64,000 bases of DNA, from contig JAJYSP010000001.1 of the NCBI GenBank assembly GCA_021793515.1, positions 10,533 to 74,532 on the forward strand. The letters are read 5' to 3'. This document shows positions 9,107 through 19,468 of the stretch, piece by piece. Positions within the stretch are counted from its first letter, which is position 1, and every line of letters begins with the position of its first letter. The stretch comes from Actinomycetes bacterium. Its GTDB lineage: Bacteria; Actinomycetota; Acidimicrobiia; Acidimicrobiales; RAAP-2. The position numbers and the translations under genes were made by a program. Below the pieces are notes generated by a model. The model worked only from the letters and a program-made list of their open reading frames with translations, was not told the DNA's origin and did no database searches.

Positions 9107-10381
9107 CTATGGCATTTGCATCAGTGATTGCAGGACGGTGTCGGTCGTCGTGACGACCTTCGTATTCGCCTGGTAGGCCGTTTGGGCCTGGATCAGGTTC
9201 GTCAACTCCGTCGCGAGGTCGACGTTCGAGCCCATGACGGCACCACCCTGGAGCCTCGCAAACCCACTGGAGCCGGGCTGGCCATATTGGGGGTTCCCCG
9301 ACGCCACCGAAGCCGTAAAGTACGTCTGTCCCACATCATTCAAACCCTGATTGTTCGCAAAGCGCGCCAGCGCGATGGTACCGAGCACCTTGGATCCACC
9401 GTTCGAGAACGCACCGGTGATGACGCCGTCTGCCCCGATCGAATATGAGTCCAATGTCCCCGCTGCGTTGCCGTCCTGTGACGCGACGGCAACCGACGAA
9501 CTGCCAGCAAACTGCGTGACCGCCGTTGCCGAACCGACCGCCGGAAGATCGAAGGCGGGGTTCGTGCTCCCCGACCAGGTGTAGTTCGACGGGTTATTGG
9601 TGATAGCCAAACTCGTTTGACCCGTGCTGACCGCCGTTCCATTTACGGTGGACAGTTGCCCGTTACTGCCGAACACGAGGGTCTGGGGTGACGTCCACAG
9701 TGGCGATGTCGCACCCGGCACGGTTCCCTGCATCGCCCAACTCGTCGCGTTTCCGTTGGTTCCCGTGGTGGGCGTCAAGGTGAGCGTCACGGGTACCGCA
9801 GTGCCCAGCGAGTCATAGATGGTCGTCGTCAGGGTCACCGGTCCGGAAGGTGCTGCGGGAAGATTTCCCCCCAACACCACGTTCTGGGTCTGCGTAGGAG
9901 CACCAGTCGTACCCAACTGAATGGTCAAGGGCGTAGGCGGCGTCGAGGTCGGCTGGCCGGGCGTCCACCCTTGAACCAATCCCCCGCCGCTCGTGGCGAG
10001 GTGTCCGTTCGCGTCCAGCTGGAGATCGCCGTCGAGCGTATAGAACGTCTGGCCCTGTTGGCTCACGGTCAAGAAGCCATTTCCCTCGATGGCGACATTG
10101 CTCGGTACGCCGGTCTGGATGACCGAGCCAGGCGTGAAATTCAATCGGGTCGCTGAGACCTCGACGCCGGCCCCGATCGAGGAGGGATTGGTACTCGCCA
10201 ACGTCGTACCCGACGCGCCGCCCGCGGGCAGCAATTGCTCGGTCAACATGTCGGAGAACTCAACCGATGAGGACACGAAGCCATCGGTCTGTGAGTTGGC
10301 AATGTTGTTACCAATGGTGTCGAGGTAGGTCTGCATCGTGTCGATTCCCGATGCAGCGGCCCCTAGTGAACGGTTAGACAT
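9107..10381 (-). CDS. flgE: Flagellar hook protein FlgE
   Basis: LDTIGNNIANSQTDGF N-terminus, AIEGNGF, SNVDLATELTNLIQAQTAYQANTKVVTT C-terminus. Confidence 0.97.
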   Translation of the reverse strand: MSNRSLGAAASGIDTMQTYLDTIGNNIANSQTDGFVSSSVEFSDMLTEQLLPAGGASGTTLASTNPSSIGAGVEVSATRLNFTPGSVIQTGVPSNVAIEGNGFLTVSQQGQTFYTLDGDLQLDANGHLATSGGGLVQGWTPGQPTSTPPTPLTIQLGTTGAPTQTQNVVLGGNLPAAPSGPVTLTTTIYDSLGTAVPVTLTLTPTTGTNGNATSWAMQGTVPGATSPLWTSPQTLVFGSNGQLSTVNGTAVSTGQTSLAITNNPSNYTWSGSTNPAFDLPAVGSATAVTQFAGSSSVAVASQDGNAAGTLDSYSIGADGVITGAFSNGGSKVLGTIALARFANNQGLNDVGQTYFTASVASGNPQYGQPGSSGFARLQGGAVMGSNVDLATELTNLIQAQTAYQANTKVVTTTDTVLQSLMQMP

Positions 10382-10466
10382 GATGGCTCCTTTACTACGT
10401 GTTGGTGGGATGGTGATGGTGAGAAATGGTGTTTCGCTAGCCAGAGTGCTCGAGAACGTTGCCGCA

Positions 10467-10868
10467 TCAGACGCTGCCGATCTGGGTCACCGCTGATAGA
10501 TCGACGACGTCGGTTCCCAGATCCAGCGTGACGCCAGACGAGCTGTTGGTCACCCCCGTCACCTGGCCAGTGATGACACTGCCGTTGCTGTCGGTGCCCG
10601 TCACGGTCTTACCGATGAGTGACGCAGCTGAACCAATAGTGGACGAGGACGCGAGGCTCTGGAGTTGCTCGACCTGAGACAGTTGGGCGAGCTGACTCAT
10701 GAAGCTCGCCGAGTCGGTGGGGTTCATCGGGTCTTGATAACGCAACTCGGCGACGAGCAAGCTCAAGAAGGTGTTGGGTTGCAGGAGGCTTGAACCACTA
10801 AGGGACGATGCGTTGGCACCACCGATAGGGGTATTCGAGCTGTCCAACGGGCTTATGGGCATGGTCAT
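10467..10868 (-). CDS. flgD: Hook cap protein FlgD
   Basis: FLSLLVAELRYQDPMNPTDSASFMSQLAQLSQVEQL; ASLIGKTV. Confidence 0.96.
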   Translation of the reverse strand: MTMPISPLDSSNTPIGGANASSLSGSSLLQPNTFLSLLVAELRYQDPMNPTDSASFMSQLAQLSQVEQLQSLASSSTIGSAASLIGKTVTGTDSNGSVITGQVTGVTNSSSGVTLDLGTDVVDLSAVTQIGSV

Positions 10869-10983
10869 TGGTGACGCTCCTCGTTTACTTTTTTCACAAG
10901 AGAATGTGCGTGGCGGCGTGATGCACGGCGACGGTACTCCGCCATGACGGGTGCGACGCTCACCACTCGCGAGTGCGTGGTAC

Positions 10984-12315
10984 TCATAGGATCACGTGGA
11001 TCTGGCCCTCACCGGGCTCGGTCTGATTCGCGACAAACTCGCCGTTCGCGTCATCGATGAAGTCGGAGCCACGCGGGTCGCGACGCTCGTGTTGACCACG
11101 ATGCGAACCGTGATCGTGCAACGTGACGTGCACGTTCAACCCGCCCCGACCAAGTTCCGCGCGAAGCGTTTCAAGCTCGTGACCAAGGATTTCATGAGCC
11201 TGACGCGACTCCGGGGAAATGTTCACGTGCAGGTCATTGCCGACGAGTGACACCGTCGCACGCACGGGTCCCAAGGTCTCTGGGTGAAGCGAGAGTGAGA
11301 CCCGGTAGTCCCCGTCTGCGCTCGCCATACGCGACACGTCATCGACGAAACGACGTACGTCGAGTGACCCAGCAGGCGCGACGCGTGCGTGCATGGGAAT
11401 TCCCGCAGATGGCACGACAGTCGCAACCGCACGCGTCTGGTCTGGCGCGGCGGCCCACATCAACGTCGGTGCAGCCGAGTCCGTACGTATCGCATCGCGC
11501 CCGATCGAACGCGGTGGGACCGAGTCTCGACGAGCGCTCGCGCCAGATCGGTCCACTACTCGCGATGCCGTCGGGTGGGGGGAAGACACCGCTGGTGGAG
11601 CCTGGGTCGTACGTCGCGAGTCAACGACGGACCGAGCGGGATGGGACGTGGGCACGGGACTAAGCGGGGTACGCACGCGCAACGGCGCGTCAGGCCGCGT
11701 CGACACGGCCCCCGCGTCGGTCGGGCTGATCGACGCAGGTCGACCAACTCGGCTCTCCCATCGCGCCGTCGTCGTGGCACGCTCGGACGAGACGGCTTCA
11801 CGTGCTGTCGCCTGGCGGGCGACCTCAGATTCGATTACTACCGGCTTGGAGCCACTGACCTCAGGCGTTGCGGCCGTGGAACCGGGCCGCGCCGATGAAC
11901 CAGTTTGGCTATCGCCGCGCCGAACCGCTGATGCACTGCCGCCGTTGTTGACGAGGGACTCGACCTCGGGAGCGCTAGACGATACCGAGACCTTCGGCGC
12001 GATTGGAACACGTGACTCGACCGGCAGCACTGGCGCCACGACGGGCGCCACCAGTGACCGCACCTCGCCACCTTTTAGTGCTCGGAGCTCCGTGCGCAGC
12101 CGCCCGGTCTTCCGTCCCTTCGCCGGCGACGCTGCGTCACTGGGACGATGTTCACTCGTCCCCGAGTGACTCGCGGTCACCTTGGCGGCACCTAACACCT
12201 CACCGAAGGTTCGCGTCGGAGTCGTCGCGGCATCGCGCGTTGGTGCAACCGACGGGCTCGGAACCTTCGCATTGGGCACCGACGATCGACCGGGTGGGCT
12301 AATGGCCGCGTTCAT
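10984..12315 (-). CDS. fliK: Hook-length control protein FliK (start re-called at ATG 12315 after GGAG)
   Basis: Long Pro/Ser/Ala/Arg-rich region followed by T3S4 domain LSLHPETLGPVRATVSL..LHVNI..LETLRAELGRGGLNV. Confidence 0.88.
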   Translation of the reverse strand: MNAAISPPGRSSVPNAKVPSPSVAPTRDAATTPTRTFGEVLGAAKVTASHSGTSEHRPSDAASPAKGRKTGRLRTELRALKGGEVRSLVAPVVAPVLPVESRVPIAPKVSVSSSAPEVESLVNNGGSASAVRRGDSQTGSSARPGSTAATPEVSGSKPVVIESEVARQATAREAVSSERATTTARWESRVGRPASISPTDAGAVSTRPDAPLRVRTPLSPVPTSHPARSVVDSRRTTQAPPAVSSPHPTASRVVDRSGASARRDSVPPRSIGRDAIRTDSAAPTLMWAAAPDQTRAVATVVPSAGIPMHARVAPAGSLDVRRFVDDVSRMASADGDYRVSLSLHPETLGPVRATVSLVGNDLHVNISPESRQAHEILGHELETLRAELGRGGLNVHVTLHDHGSHRGQHERRDPRGSDFIDDANGEFVANQTEPGEGQIHVIL

Positions 12316-12379
12316 CGGTGCCATCTCCAAACTCGCAGTTTCGACCTCGCTGCACGAGCCGCCAGATGGGAGCGCATTC

Positions 12380-13147
12380 TCATGAACCCGCGATTCGGCG
12401 TATTGCCACGATGGCACCGGCATTGAGAATTGGTTCAATCCGTACGACGGCACCGGTGTAGGGCGCGTCGATCATCTGATCGCCGCCAACGTAGATGGCG
12501 ACGTGCCCGGGTGAACTCGCCGTCCCATCAGAGCCCGCGAAGAAGAGGAGATCCCCGGGTCGCGCGTCCGCGAGCGACGTCACCGGCTGTCCAACCACGG
12601 CCTGCTCCTCGCTCGTACGTGGCAGTTGAACGCCCAGGCGAGCGAAGACATACTGAACGAATCCCGAGCAGTCAAAGCCCGCGGGGGTTGTCCCTCCCCA
12701 CACGTAGGGCGTCCCGAGATACTGCTCCGCCGTCTTCACGATGCTCGAGTCAGTACCGGCCAGCACCGTTGGCGACGTCGGCTGTGACGGCGACGCCGAG
12801 ACAGCGACCGACGTCGCGGGCGACGGACTGGCGTGCGGGCTCAACGATGGCCCGGAGTTGGAGGTCACCACTGTGGTGGGACTGGGCGACGCAGACGGCA
12901 CGGCTATGCCCGCAGGCACGAATCCCGATCCAATTGATGACGTCGGACCTTCGTAGCCGACGAACAGTCCTAGACCGTCGGTCGAAGCGGACGCGGTCGT
13001 CGGCGACGGGCTCGGTACGGCGAAGTTGTCAAGGAGCGTTGCGAAGGTTGTGTCAGTCGCCGGTCCCGCGGCGTAGGTCGACGCTGTTGAGACGGCAACG
13101 GCGTCGCCCGAAGTCACAGGTGCGATTCCCACCGAGGAAACGTTCAC
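12380..13147 (-). CDS. NlpC/P60 peptidoglycan hydrolase within the flagellar operon
   Basis: YLGTPYVWGG..FDCSGFVQYVF, RTSEEQ, GHVAIY; Ser/Thr/Pro-rich N-terminus; between fliJ and fliK. Confidence 0.9.
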   Translation of the reverse strand: MNVSSVGIAPVTSGDAVAVSTASTYAAGPATDTTFATLLDNFAVPSPSPTTASASTDGLGLFVGYEGPTSSIGSGFVPAGIAVPSASPSPTTVVTSNSGPSLSPHASPSPATSVAVSASPSQPTSPTVLAGTDSSIVKTAEQYLGTPYVWGGTTPAGFDCSGFVQYVFARLGVQLPRTSEEQAVVGQPVTSLADARPGDLLFFAGSDGTASSPGHVAIYVGGDQMIDAPYTGAVVRIEPILNAGAIVAIRRIAGS

Positions 13148-13581
13148 GATCGCACCCGATCTCTCGCATATCGGGCATTGGTGAGGTCATCGAGCTCCGC
13201 GGCCTCCTCGCGCTGAACGCTCGCTCGCCACCTCGCCGCTCCATCGGCGTCGAGGCGCGACAGCACTTCGAATCGTTTACGCGCCTGATGCCACGATGCG
13301 GTGACCTCATCACGGTGCGTCGCGGCGAGGAGTAGCTCTTTGGCACTCTCGTGCAACGCATCACCGAGACGCGTCGCTTGATCGTGCATCCAACGGACAC
13401 TTTCGATTGGCGTTGAGTCCTGTGGACCCGGATACGACGTTAGGGCGTCGTGCGCCGACCGATAGTTCCCTTGCGCTTGTCGCAGGGCTCGTTGCGCGAT
13501 AAAGAGTCGTTCGCGAGCGAGTCGCTCCTCGAGGTTACGAATCCGCATCACGGTCGCGAGTGAGAATTGACGGGCCCTCAC
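13144..13581 (-). CDS. fliJ: Flagellar export chaperone FliJ
   Basis: FSLATVMRIRNLEE N-terminus, coiled coil, EEAAELDD C-terminus; follows fliI. Confidence 0.88.
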   Translation of the reverse strand: MRARQFSLATVMRIRNLEERLARERLFIAQRALRQAQGNYRSAHDALTSYPGPQDSTPIESVRWMHDQATRLGDALHESAKELLLAATHRDEVTASWHQARKRFEVLSRLDADGAARWRASVQREEAAELDDLTNARYARDRVRS

Positions 13582-14894
13582 GCTGCCCCCATCGTTGGGA
13601 GGAACTTGAGGAGTTCGCGGCGCGCCGATGGAAGATCGGTGACGTCGTTGATGGCCTGTCGACAGTACGCGTCAATATCGCTCTTGAGAGCGATTGCCCG
13701 GTCGATGGTCGGATTGGTTCCGGCGACGTACGCGTCGATCTCAATGAGGTCTTTCGCGTCACGCCACGCCGCCAACAGTTCGCGAACCACACCGCCAGCG
13801 CGCAACTGTTCGGGCTCCGCCACCATCGGCGCTACTCGTGAGATCGATCCCAGCACGTCGACCGCGGGAAAGTGATTCGATTCGGCCAGGGATCGCGACA
13901 ACTGTATGTGGCCGTCGAGTATGGAGCGTGCCGTGTCGGCGATTGGTTCGTTCATATCGTCACCTTCGACGAGCACCGTGTAGAGACCGGTGATCGAACC
14001 GCGTTCGCTCCGTCCCGTTCGCTCCAGTAGTCGCGGCAGCAGGCCGAAGACGCTCGGTGGGTAACCCCTCGTCGCCGGCGGCTCGCCCGCCGCCAAGCCC
14101 ACCTCACGCTGGGCCATGGCGAATCGGGTAATCGAGTCCATCATGAGAACCACGTCGTTGCCCTCATCGCGAAACCACTCGGCGATTCGTGTCGCGGTAA
14201 ACGCTGCACGGATGCGCATCATCGCCGGCGCGTCCGAGGTTGCGACGATCACCACCGAGCGGGCCAAGCCGTCGGGCCCCAAGTCCCGTTCGATGAACTC
14301 GGCCACTTCGCGACCGCGCTCGCCGATGAGCGCCACAATCGACACGTCGGCCGACGTGCCGCGAGCGATCATGGACATCAACGAGGACTTGCCAACTCCT
14401 GATCCAGCGAAGATTCCGAGTCGCTGACCTTTGCCACACGGAATCAGTCCGTCAAGAACACGCACGCCGAGGGGAAGCTGCTCGTTCACCATGCCACGAC
14501 GAAGCGGATGCGGCGCTAGCCCTCCGATCGACACGTCGATCCCGCCGATTGGTCCTCGTCCGTCCAAGGGTTGACCAGTTCCGTCTAGTACCCGACCGAG
14601 TAACTCCTCACCGACGCGAATCGGAAGCGGCCCACCGAGTTCCAGCACAGGCGTTCCCGAACGCACGCCGTTGGTCTCGGCCAGCGCGAGACACACCACA
14701 CGGTCTTCGCGAAGCGCGACTACCTCGGCCGGGATGGCCTCGTCACCGACCATGAGAATCAAGCCGTCACCGATGGCGGCGGTAATGCCGGCCACTTCGA
14801 TCGACATGCCGACCATCGTGGTCACTCGACCGTAGCGCCGGGTTCGCGCCGCGAGCATGGCTGGGCGACGCAGTTCGTCAAGCAGCCCGGTCAT
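13578..14894 (-). CDS. fliI: Flagellar export ATPase FliI
   Basis: GIFAGSGVGKS Walker A, IGERGREV, MMDSITRFAMAQREVGLAAGEPPATRGYPPSVF, LDGHIQLSR. Confidence 0.98.
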   Translation of the reverse strand: MTGLLDELRRPAMLAARTRRYGRVTTMVGMSIEVAGITAAIGDGLILMVGDEAIPAEVVALREDRVVCLALAETNGVRSGTPVLELGGPLPIRVGEELLGRVLDGTGQPLDGRGPIGGIDVSIGGLAPHPLRRGMVNEQLPLGVRVLDGLIPCGKGQRLGIFAGSGVGKSSLMSMIARGTSADVSIVALIGERGREVAEFIERDLGPDGLARSVVIVATSDAPAMMRIRAAFTATRIAEWFRDEGNDVVLMMDSITRFAMAQREVGLAAGEPPATRGYPPSVFGLLPRLLERTGRSERGSITGLYTVLVEGDDMNEPIADTARSILDGHIQLSRSLAESNHFPAVDVLGSISRVAPMVAEPEQLRAGGVVRELLAAWRDAKDLIEIDAYVAGTNPTIDRAIALKSDIDAYCRQAINDVTDLPSARRELLKFLPTMGAA

Positions 14895-15547
14895 CGGTCA
14901 TCCTCCGTCGCCACGGCACCGATCAGGACTTCTCTGACTCTCTCGAGTGCTGTGGTGATGCGACCATCGAGGGTCGTGTGACCCGTCTCAACGAGGACGC
15001 CGCCCACCTCAATTGCCTCGTCGGCGACGAAGGTGAAGGCTCGACCCTTCGTAACATCACCCACGTCACCTAAGTTCTCGAGATCGGACGGGTTCAATCG
15101 CACCGTCGCCGATTGCACGTCGTCGCTTGACTTGAGCGCGCGCTGCAGCGCGTCGCGTCCCGGGTTGTCGTTGAGACGCAACTCATAACCGAGGATCTCG
15201 GTGACTAACGCCATGACAAGCTCCGGTACGTGACGCTCGAACTCATCGTTCAGCGCCAGACGTACATCGCGCAGTTCACTAGCCGCCTTATTCAACAGCG
15301 CAGCCGACCCACGCATTCGCTCGTCTAGTTCTCGACGGAGCTGCTCGATCGCGGCTTGACTTTCAGCGAGACCACGCTCGTACCCTTCGTCATAGCCTTC
15401 GCGCTCCGCGACCGCACGATCAGTGACGACTACCTCCGTTGGCCGCTCGTGGTTGGTGTACGTCGTGGCTACGGACATGGCGTGACTCAGACGACGCAGT
15501 TCGCGCGTCGGCTCACTGAGCGGGTGCGACGGACGATCGCGTGTCAC
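14891..15547 (-). CDS. fliH: Flagellar assembly protein FliH
   Basis: EGYDEGYERG GxxxG repeats; VRLNPSD; GGVLVET..LDGRI. Confidence 0.92.
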   Translation of the reverse strand: MTRDRPSHPLSEPTRELRRLSHAMSVATTYTNHERPTEVVVTDRAVAEREGYDEGYERGLAESQAAIEQLRRELDERMRGSAALLNKAASELRDVRLALNDEFERHVPELVMALVTEILGYELRLNDNPGRDALQRALKSSDDVQSATVRLNPSDLENLGDVGDVTKGRAFTFVADEAIEVGGVLVETGHTTLDGRITTALERVREVLIGAVATEDDR

Positions 15548-16632
15548 AACACCACCTCATCGTCGCGTGCAATGACAATGACACCGTCGGCGTCAAGTTG
15601 GCGCGCTGCCCGAACGATCGTCGTCTGAGCGGTGTTGATCTGCGTTGCGCGCACCGCTCCCATCACATCGATCTCTTCGTCGATCATGGTGTTCACTCGT
15701 TCGGAGAGGTTGGCGCGAATCCGCGCAATCGTGTCGGCGCTCAGGCGGGGGTCCTTCATCGCGAGCGCCAACGTAGGAACGTCGACTTTGCGGAAGATCT
15801 GCTGCAGGGCCTTCTCGTCAAGCTTGAGGACGTCGTCGAACGTGAACAGTTTCGCGCGAATCTGTTCGGCGAGCGCCTGATCTTCGGCCTCGAGCTCACT
15901 AAGGATTTGTTGTTCGATCGTGCGATCCGAGTGATTCAAGATCTCAGCAATTGTCGTTGTTCCGCCCGCCACGGTTGTCGAGCCACCACTTTGGACACCG
16001 CGGAGCTTCTCGGCGAACAGCGACGTCGCCTGACGGATAGCCACCGGGTCGACGCGGGTCAGTTGAGCAATCCGCTTGGCCACTTTGACCCGAAAGTCGG
16101 GTTCCAGCACGCCCAAGAGGTTCGCCGCGTCTTCGGGGGGTAAGTAGGCCAAGAGCACGGCCACGACTTGGGGCTGCTGGTCCCCCAGTATCGAGAGGGC
16201 CTGCTGAGGGTCAATGCGCAAGAGACCAGAAAGCGGACTCGCTGCGCGCTGCCCTTCGATTTGATCGAGAACCTCCTGAGCGCGCGTCTGTCCGAGCCGC
16301 TCTTGGAGAAACGCGCGAGCGAGTTCCATGCCGCCTTCGCCCATCACATCCGAGCGGTCGACTCGGTCCATGAACTCCGCTAACACCTCGCTGACTACTG
16401 CGGGCGAAAACCGTGGGAGGCCCACGATCTCTTTGGAGATGCTTATCGCCTCCGCGTCACTCATCTCCTTGAGAATCGGCGCGGCTCGCTGGGCACCGAG
16501 GTGCGCGAGCAGAATCGCAATCTTCTGACGTCCAGTCAGCTGCAGCTGTGGGCGCCCTCCGTACGGTTCAGTGGTCGTCGAGGGGTTCTCGTTCTCGCTC
16601 GTCCACGCCTTCTGCTCGGAGAGATTGGTCAC
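15544..16632 (-). CDS. fliG: Rotor protein FliG (start re-called at GTG 16632, GTGA overlap with fliF)
   Basis: LTGRQKIAILL, GGMELARAFL..LG, EHPQ-like QQPQVVAVLL, GGTTTIAEILN, LFTFDDV, NLSER. Confidence 0.96.
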   Translation of the reverse strand: MTNLSEQKAWTSENENPSTTTEPYGGRPQLQLTGRQKIAILLAHLGAQRAAPILKEMSDAEAISISKEIVGLPRFSPAVVSEVLAEFMDRVDRSDVMGEGGMELARAFLQERLGQTRAQEVLDQIEGQRAASPLSGLLRIDPQQALSILGDQQPQVVAVLLAYLPPEDAANLLGVLEPDFRVKVAKRIAQLTRVDPVAIRQATSLFAEKLRGVQSGGSTTVAGGTTTIAEILNHSDRTIEQQILSELEAEDQALAEQIRAKLFTFDDVLKLDEKALQQIFRKVDVPTLALAMKDPRLSADTIARIRANLSERVNTMIDEEIDVMGAVRATQINTAQTTIVRAARQLDADGVIVIARDDEVVL

Positions 16633-18218
16633 TGCCACTCCCCGTCGTTCTCGCTCGCCCACGCTCGCAGCAGACGCGCCACCTCGGCCGGACGCTGCTC
16701 AATGTACGTTCCCACCTGGGATAACACAATGTCTGGTGTTCGCTCTAACCCGTGCAACGGCGTGGTTGGTGACTCGATCGCCTGAAGGGGGTGTGGGTCT
16801 GCGGTGAGCGTTCCTGGGGCCGTTGTCGAGAACGTGGGCACCGCCATCTCGTCGTAGCTGGTACGTCGCGCTGCACGCAATGCGAAGAACACCAAAGCGG
16901 CGATGATAAGCGCCAATACCGCCATCTCAATGAGCCGCGCGATCGGCAACGCACTTCCCGTCGCGGGCAGGGATTGCACCGCGGATTTCGCGAATGGCAT
17001 CGCCGTGACCACGAGTTGATCACCGTTGGCCTTGCTGAGGCCGGCGGCTGCGCTCACCAACGCACTGACTTGGGATTGATTCGCCTTCGGAATCGCGCTG
17101 GAGTTCAACAGGACCGCCACCGAGGTCTTCACCACCTGACCGGGAGCCTGCTTCACGGTTTGCGTTATCTGTCCCACCGCGTTGGTGACCTGCGAACTCG
17201 ACGACGTGTACTTTCCTACGCCCGAACCGGTGGTGATCGAGGGCGTCCCCGAACCGAGCACGCCGGACGGTGGCGTGCCGGCTCCGGTGTAACTAGCACT
17301 CGAGGTGGTCTGACCGGTCGCCGCGGTGATGGGCTTACCTTGCGCGTTGGTTTGCAACCCTTGCAGCGTGGTGCTCTGTTGGTTGAAGTTCAACTGAGCG
17401 TGGACCTGGACCGCCGAGTTCCCTGGGCCCACGACTCGGCCCAATAGGGACTCGATCGCCGTAGCGAGTTGCGTGTCGTACGAGTTGGTCTGCTGCTCAT
17501 CCGACGATCCAGTGCCCGCAGTCGTCACACCATTTGATGACAGCATGTCGCCGCGGTTGTCGGCGACCGTGACGTTTGAGGGTGAGAGCCCGGGCGTGGC
17601 CGACGCTGTCAAGTGAACAATCGCCTGGACCTGCTGCGATGAGAGTGTCGTTCCTGGGGCGAGGGCCACGAGAATCGACGCAGTTGTCGGCGGTTGATTG
17701 CTGACCACGAAGGAGCTCTGCGCGGGAATGACCAGGTTGACTTGGGCCGACTGAACACCGCGAATCGACTCGATGGTCTGTTGTAACTGCCCCTCGAGGG
17801 CTTGTTGGTACTCGACCTGCTGGACGAACTGTGACGTCGTAATGCCACTCTTCTCCAAATTCGAGAAACCGACCGTACCCGAACTGGGCAAACCCTGCTC
17901 GGCGAGGGTGACGCGTTCCTGATCAACGACATTGGCGGGAACGAGAATGGTTGCACCGCCGTTACTCAATTCAAATGGAACCTTCGCCGTCGTCAGTTGC
18001 GCCGTTACCGCTCCCGCGTCAGCCGGCTGGAGGCCGGTGAAAAGTGGTTGGTAGTTGGGCTGGGACTCGACGCGCATGAACATTGATCCGCCCACCACGA
18101 CGGCGACGACCGCGAGGGCGGTCATGATCTTCTGGCCCATTGTGAAGCTCGATAACACCGTGCGCGCCCGACCAACCACGCCCGTGATGACATTGCTTGC
18201 CAGTGGGGACATGGCCAT
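16629..18218 (-). CDS. fliF: MS-ring protein FliF
   Basis: Two TMs, YQPLFTGL..DAGAV, RVTLAEQGLP, YQQALEGQLQQTI, ASILV, RLLRAW C-terminus. Confidence 0.96.
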   Translation of the reverse strand: MAMSPLASNVITGVVGRARTVLSSFTMGQKIMTALAVVAVVVGGSMFMRVESQPNYQPLFTGLQPADAGAVTAQLTTAKVPFELSNGGATILVPANVVDQERVTLAEQGLPSSGTVGFSNLEKSGITTSQFVQQVEYQQALEGQLQQTIESIRGVQSAQVNLVIPAQSSFVVSNQPPTTASILVALAPGTTLSSQQVQAIVHLTASATPGLSPSNVTVADNRGDMLSSNGVTTAGTGSSDEQQTNSYDTQLATAIESLLGRVVGPGNSAVQVHAQLNFNQQSTTLQGLQTNAQGKPITAATGQTTSSASYTGAGTPPSGVLGSGTPSITTGSGVGKYTSSSSQVTNAVGQITQTVKQAPGQVVKTSVAVLLNSSAIPKANQSQVSALVSAAAGLSKANGDQLVVTAMPFAKSAVQSLPATGSALPIARLIEMAVLALIIAALVFFALRAARRTSYDEMAVPTFSTTAPGTLTADPHPLQAIESPTTPLHGLERTPDIVLSQVGTYIEQRPAEVARLLRAWASENDGEWQ

Positions 18219-18221
18219 GGG

Positions 18222-18542
18222 TTAGAGGGGCATATTCATGATCGAGTTGAGAGAACTGACTGCGCGACTCGCCAGCGCGCTCGCGAGTTGGGTGTCGAGG
18301 TTGGCGATAGACGACGCGACCGTCGCATCGGCCACCGTCGCTTGTCCTGCTGCGGCCTCCAATGAGAGTGACGTCGCGTTGTTGGTTACGCCGTTGAGTG
18401 CGTCAACGGCCTGACCCAAGATGTTGGAAAATGGCGCCGAGGCCGCCGTTACGGACGCAGTTGAACTGAGACCCGTCGACGCGGCCGCGCTGGCGATCGA
18501 TGAGGCGATCGATGGGATGGCGGGTATGGCCGGGATCATCAC
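18222..18542 (-). CDS. fliE: Hook-basal body protein FliE
   Basis: FSNILGQAVDALN..AAAGQ..RAVSSLNSIMNMPL; between flgC and fliF. Confidence 0.9.
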   Translation of the reverse strand: MMIPAIPAIPSIASSIASAAASTGLSSTASVTAASAPFSNILGQAVDALNGVTNNATSLSLEAAAGQATVADATVASSIANLDTQLASALASRAVSSLNSIMNMPL

Positions 18543-18964
18543 TACGCCTTGATGTTGAGGATTGCGTCGTAGGCGTCTATTGCACTCGACATCGCCTTGG
18601 CGTTGGCCTGATATGACGTCTGGGCCTGGATGAGATCAGTCACCTGCGTACCCAGATTCACCACGGGGTACTCGACCACCCCCTTGGCGTTCGCCATCGG
18701 GTTCGTCGGATCGTACTGCAACTCACCGGTTGCGGGTCCAAGATCAATCGCGCTCACGCGCACGCCCGCGACCGCCCCGGGTCCGAGCGCCGACGCTGGC
18801 GACACCTGCTCGGTCGCGGCCACGTACTGGGCCTGGTACACCGGTTGACCTGGCGTCACCGCATCATTCATGTTGGCGATGTTGCCGCCGACGGTGTCGA
18901 TCCACGTCTGGTCGACGTTGACACCGGTCCCGGCGATATCAATGGCACTCCACATTGAACTCAC
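18542..18964 (-). CDS. flgC: Basal-body rod protein FlgC
   Basis: IDIAGTG..IDTVGGNIAN; YDPTNPMANAKGVVEYPVVN; DLIQAQTSYQAN. Confidence 0.95.
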   Translation of the reverse strand: MSSMWSAIDIAGTGVNVDQTWIDTVGGNIANMNDAVTPGQPVYQAQYVAATEQVSPASALGPGAVAGVRVSAIDLGPATGELQYDPTNPMANAKGVVEYPVVNLGTQVTDLIQAQTSYQANAKAMSSAIDAYDAILNIKA

Positions 18965-18972
18965 GACAACTC

Positions 18973-19311
18973 CTAGGCGGTCAGCGCGGCTGACAAGAGG
19001 GCAAACTGTGCACTGAGGGCGTTATCGATCGTCTTGTTCTCGAGATTGTTCTCCTGGAGGTACGTCATCTCCGTCGCGATCGACACGTTGTTTCCGTTGA
19101 CACCTGACGCCAGTCCCTCGGGAGTGGTCGTCACCGACGCGCTGCCACCCTGTTGCAGTGCTTGGGCGAGTGACGTCTGAAAACTGACCTGACTGGCCTG
19201 GAAGCCCGGCGTGTCTTGATTGGCGATGTTGTTTGCGATGACCTGTTGTTGTGTCACAACGGCGTCGAGCGCGAACTGCAATATCCCGATCGAATCAGTG
19301 GCGTCGGCCAT
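18973..19311 (-). CDS. flgB: Basal-body rod protein FlgB
   Basis: QQVIANNIANQDTPGFQA; NGNNVSIATEM. Confidence 0.95.
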   Translation of the reverse strand: MADATDSIGILQFALDAVVTQQQVIANNIANQDTPGFQASQVSFQTSLAQALQQGGSASVTTTPEGLASGVNGNNVSIATEMTYLQENNLENKTIDNALSAQFALLSAALTA

Positions 19312-19382
19312 GACCGAACTCCTCGCTCAGCTAAGTGCAAACCATCCTGGCCCTATAGCGAGCGATCCCTGCTCACCAGAGA

Positions 19383-19410
19383 TAACGGACCGGCACTCCT
19401 CAGAGTTGAG
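19383..19410 (-). promoter_or_regulatory. sigma28-like promoter of the flgB operon
   Basis: CTCAA-CTCTGAGGAGTGCCG(15)-GTCCGTTA, about 70 nt upstream of flgB. Confidence 0.72.
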
Positions 19411-19468
19411 AGGTCCGCACGAAGATTTCGGTGTCAGCATTCACCTGGTCACACGGCCACCGATTTCG

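Noticed and set aside
13391-13417. Fifth promoter-like match CTCAA-N14-GTCCGTTG inside fliJ
   Set aside because: Spacer is 14 rather than 15, the last base mismatches and it is intragenic; possible internal promoter for the NlpC/P60 gene but unsupported.
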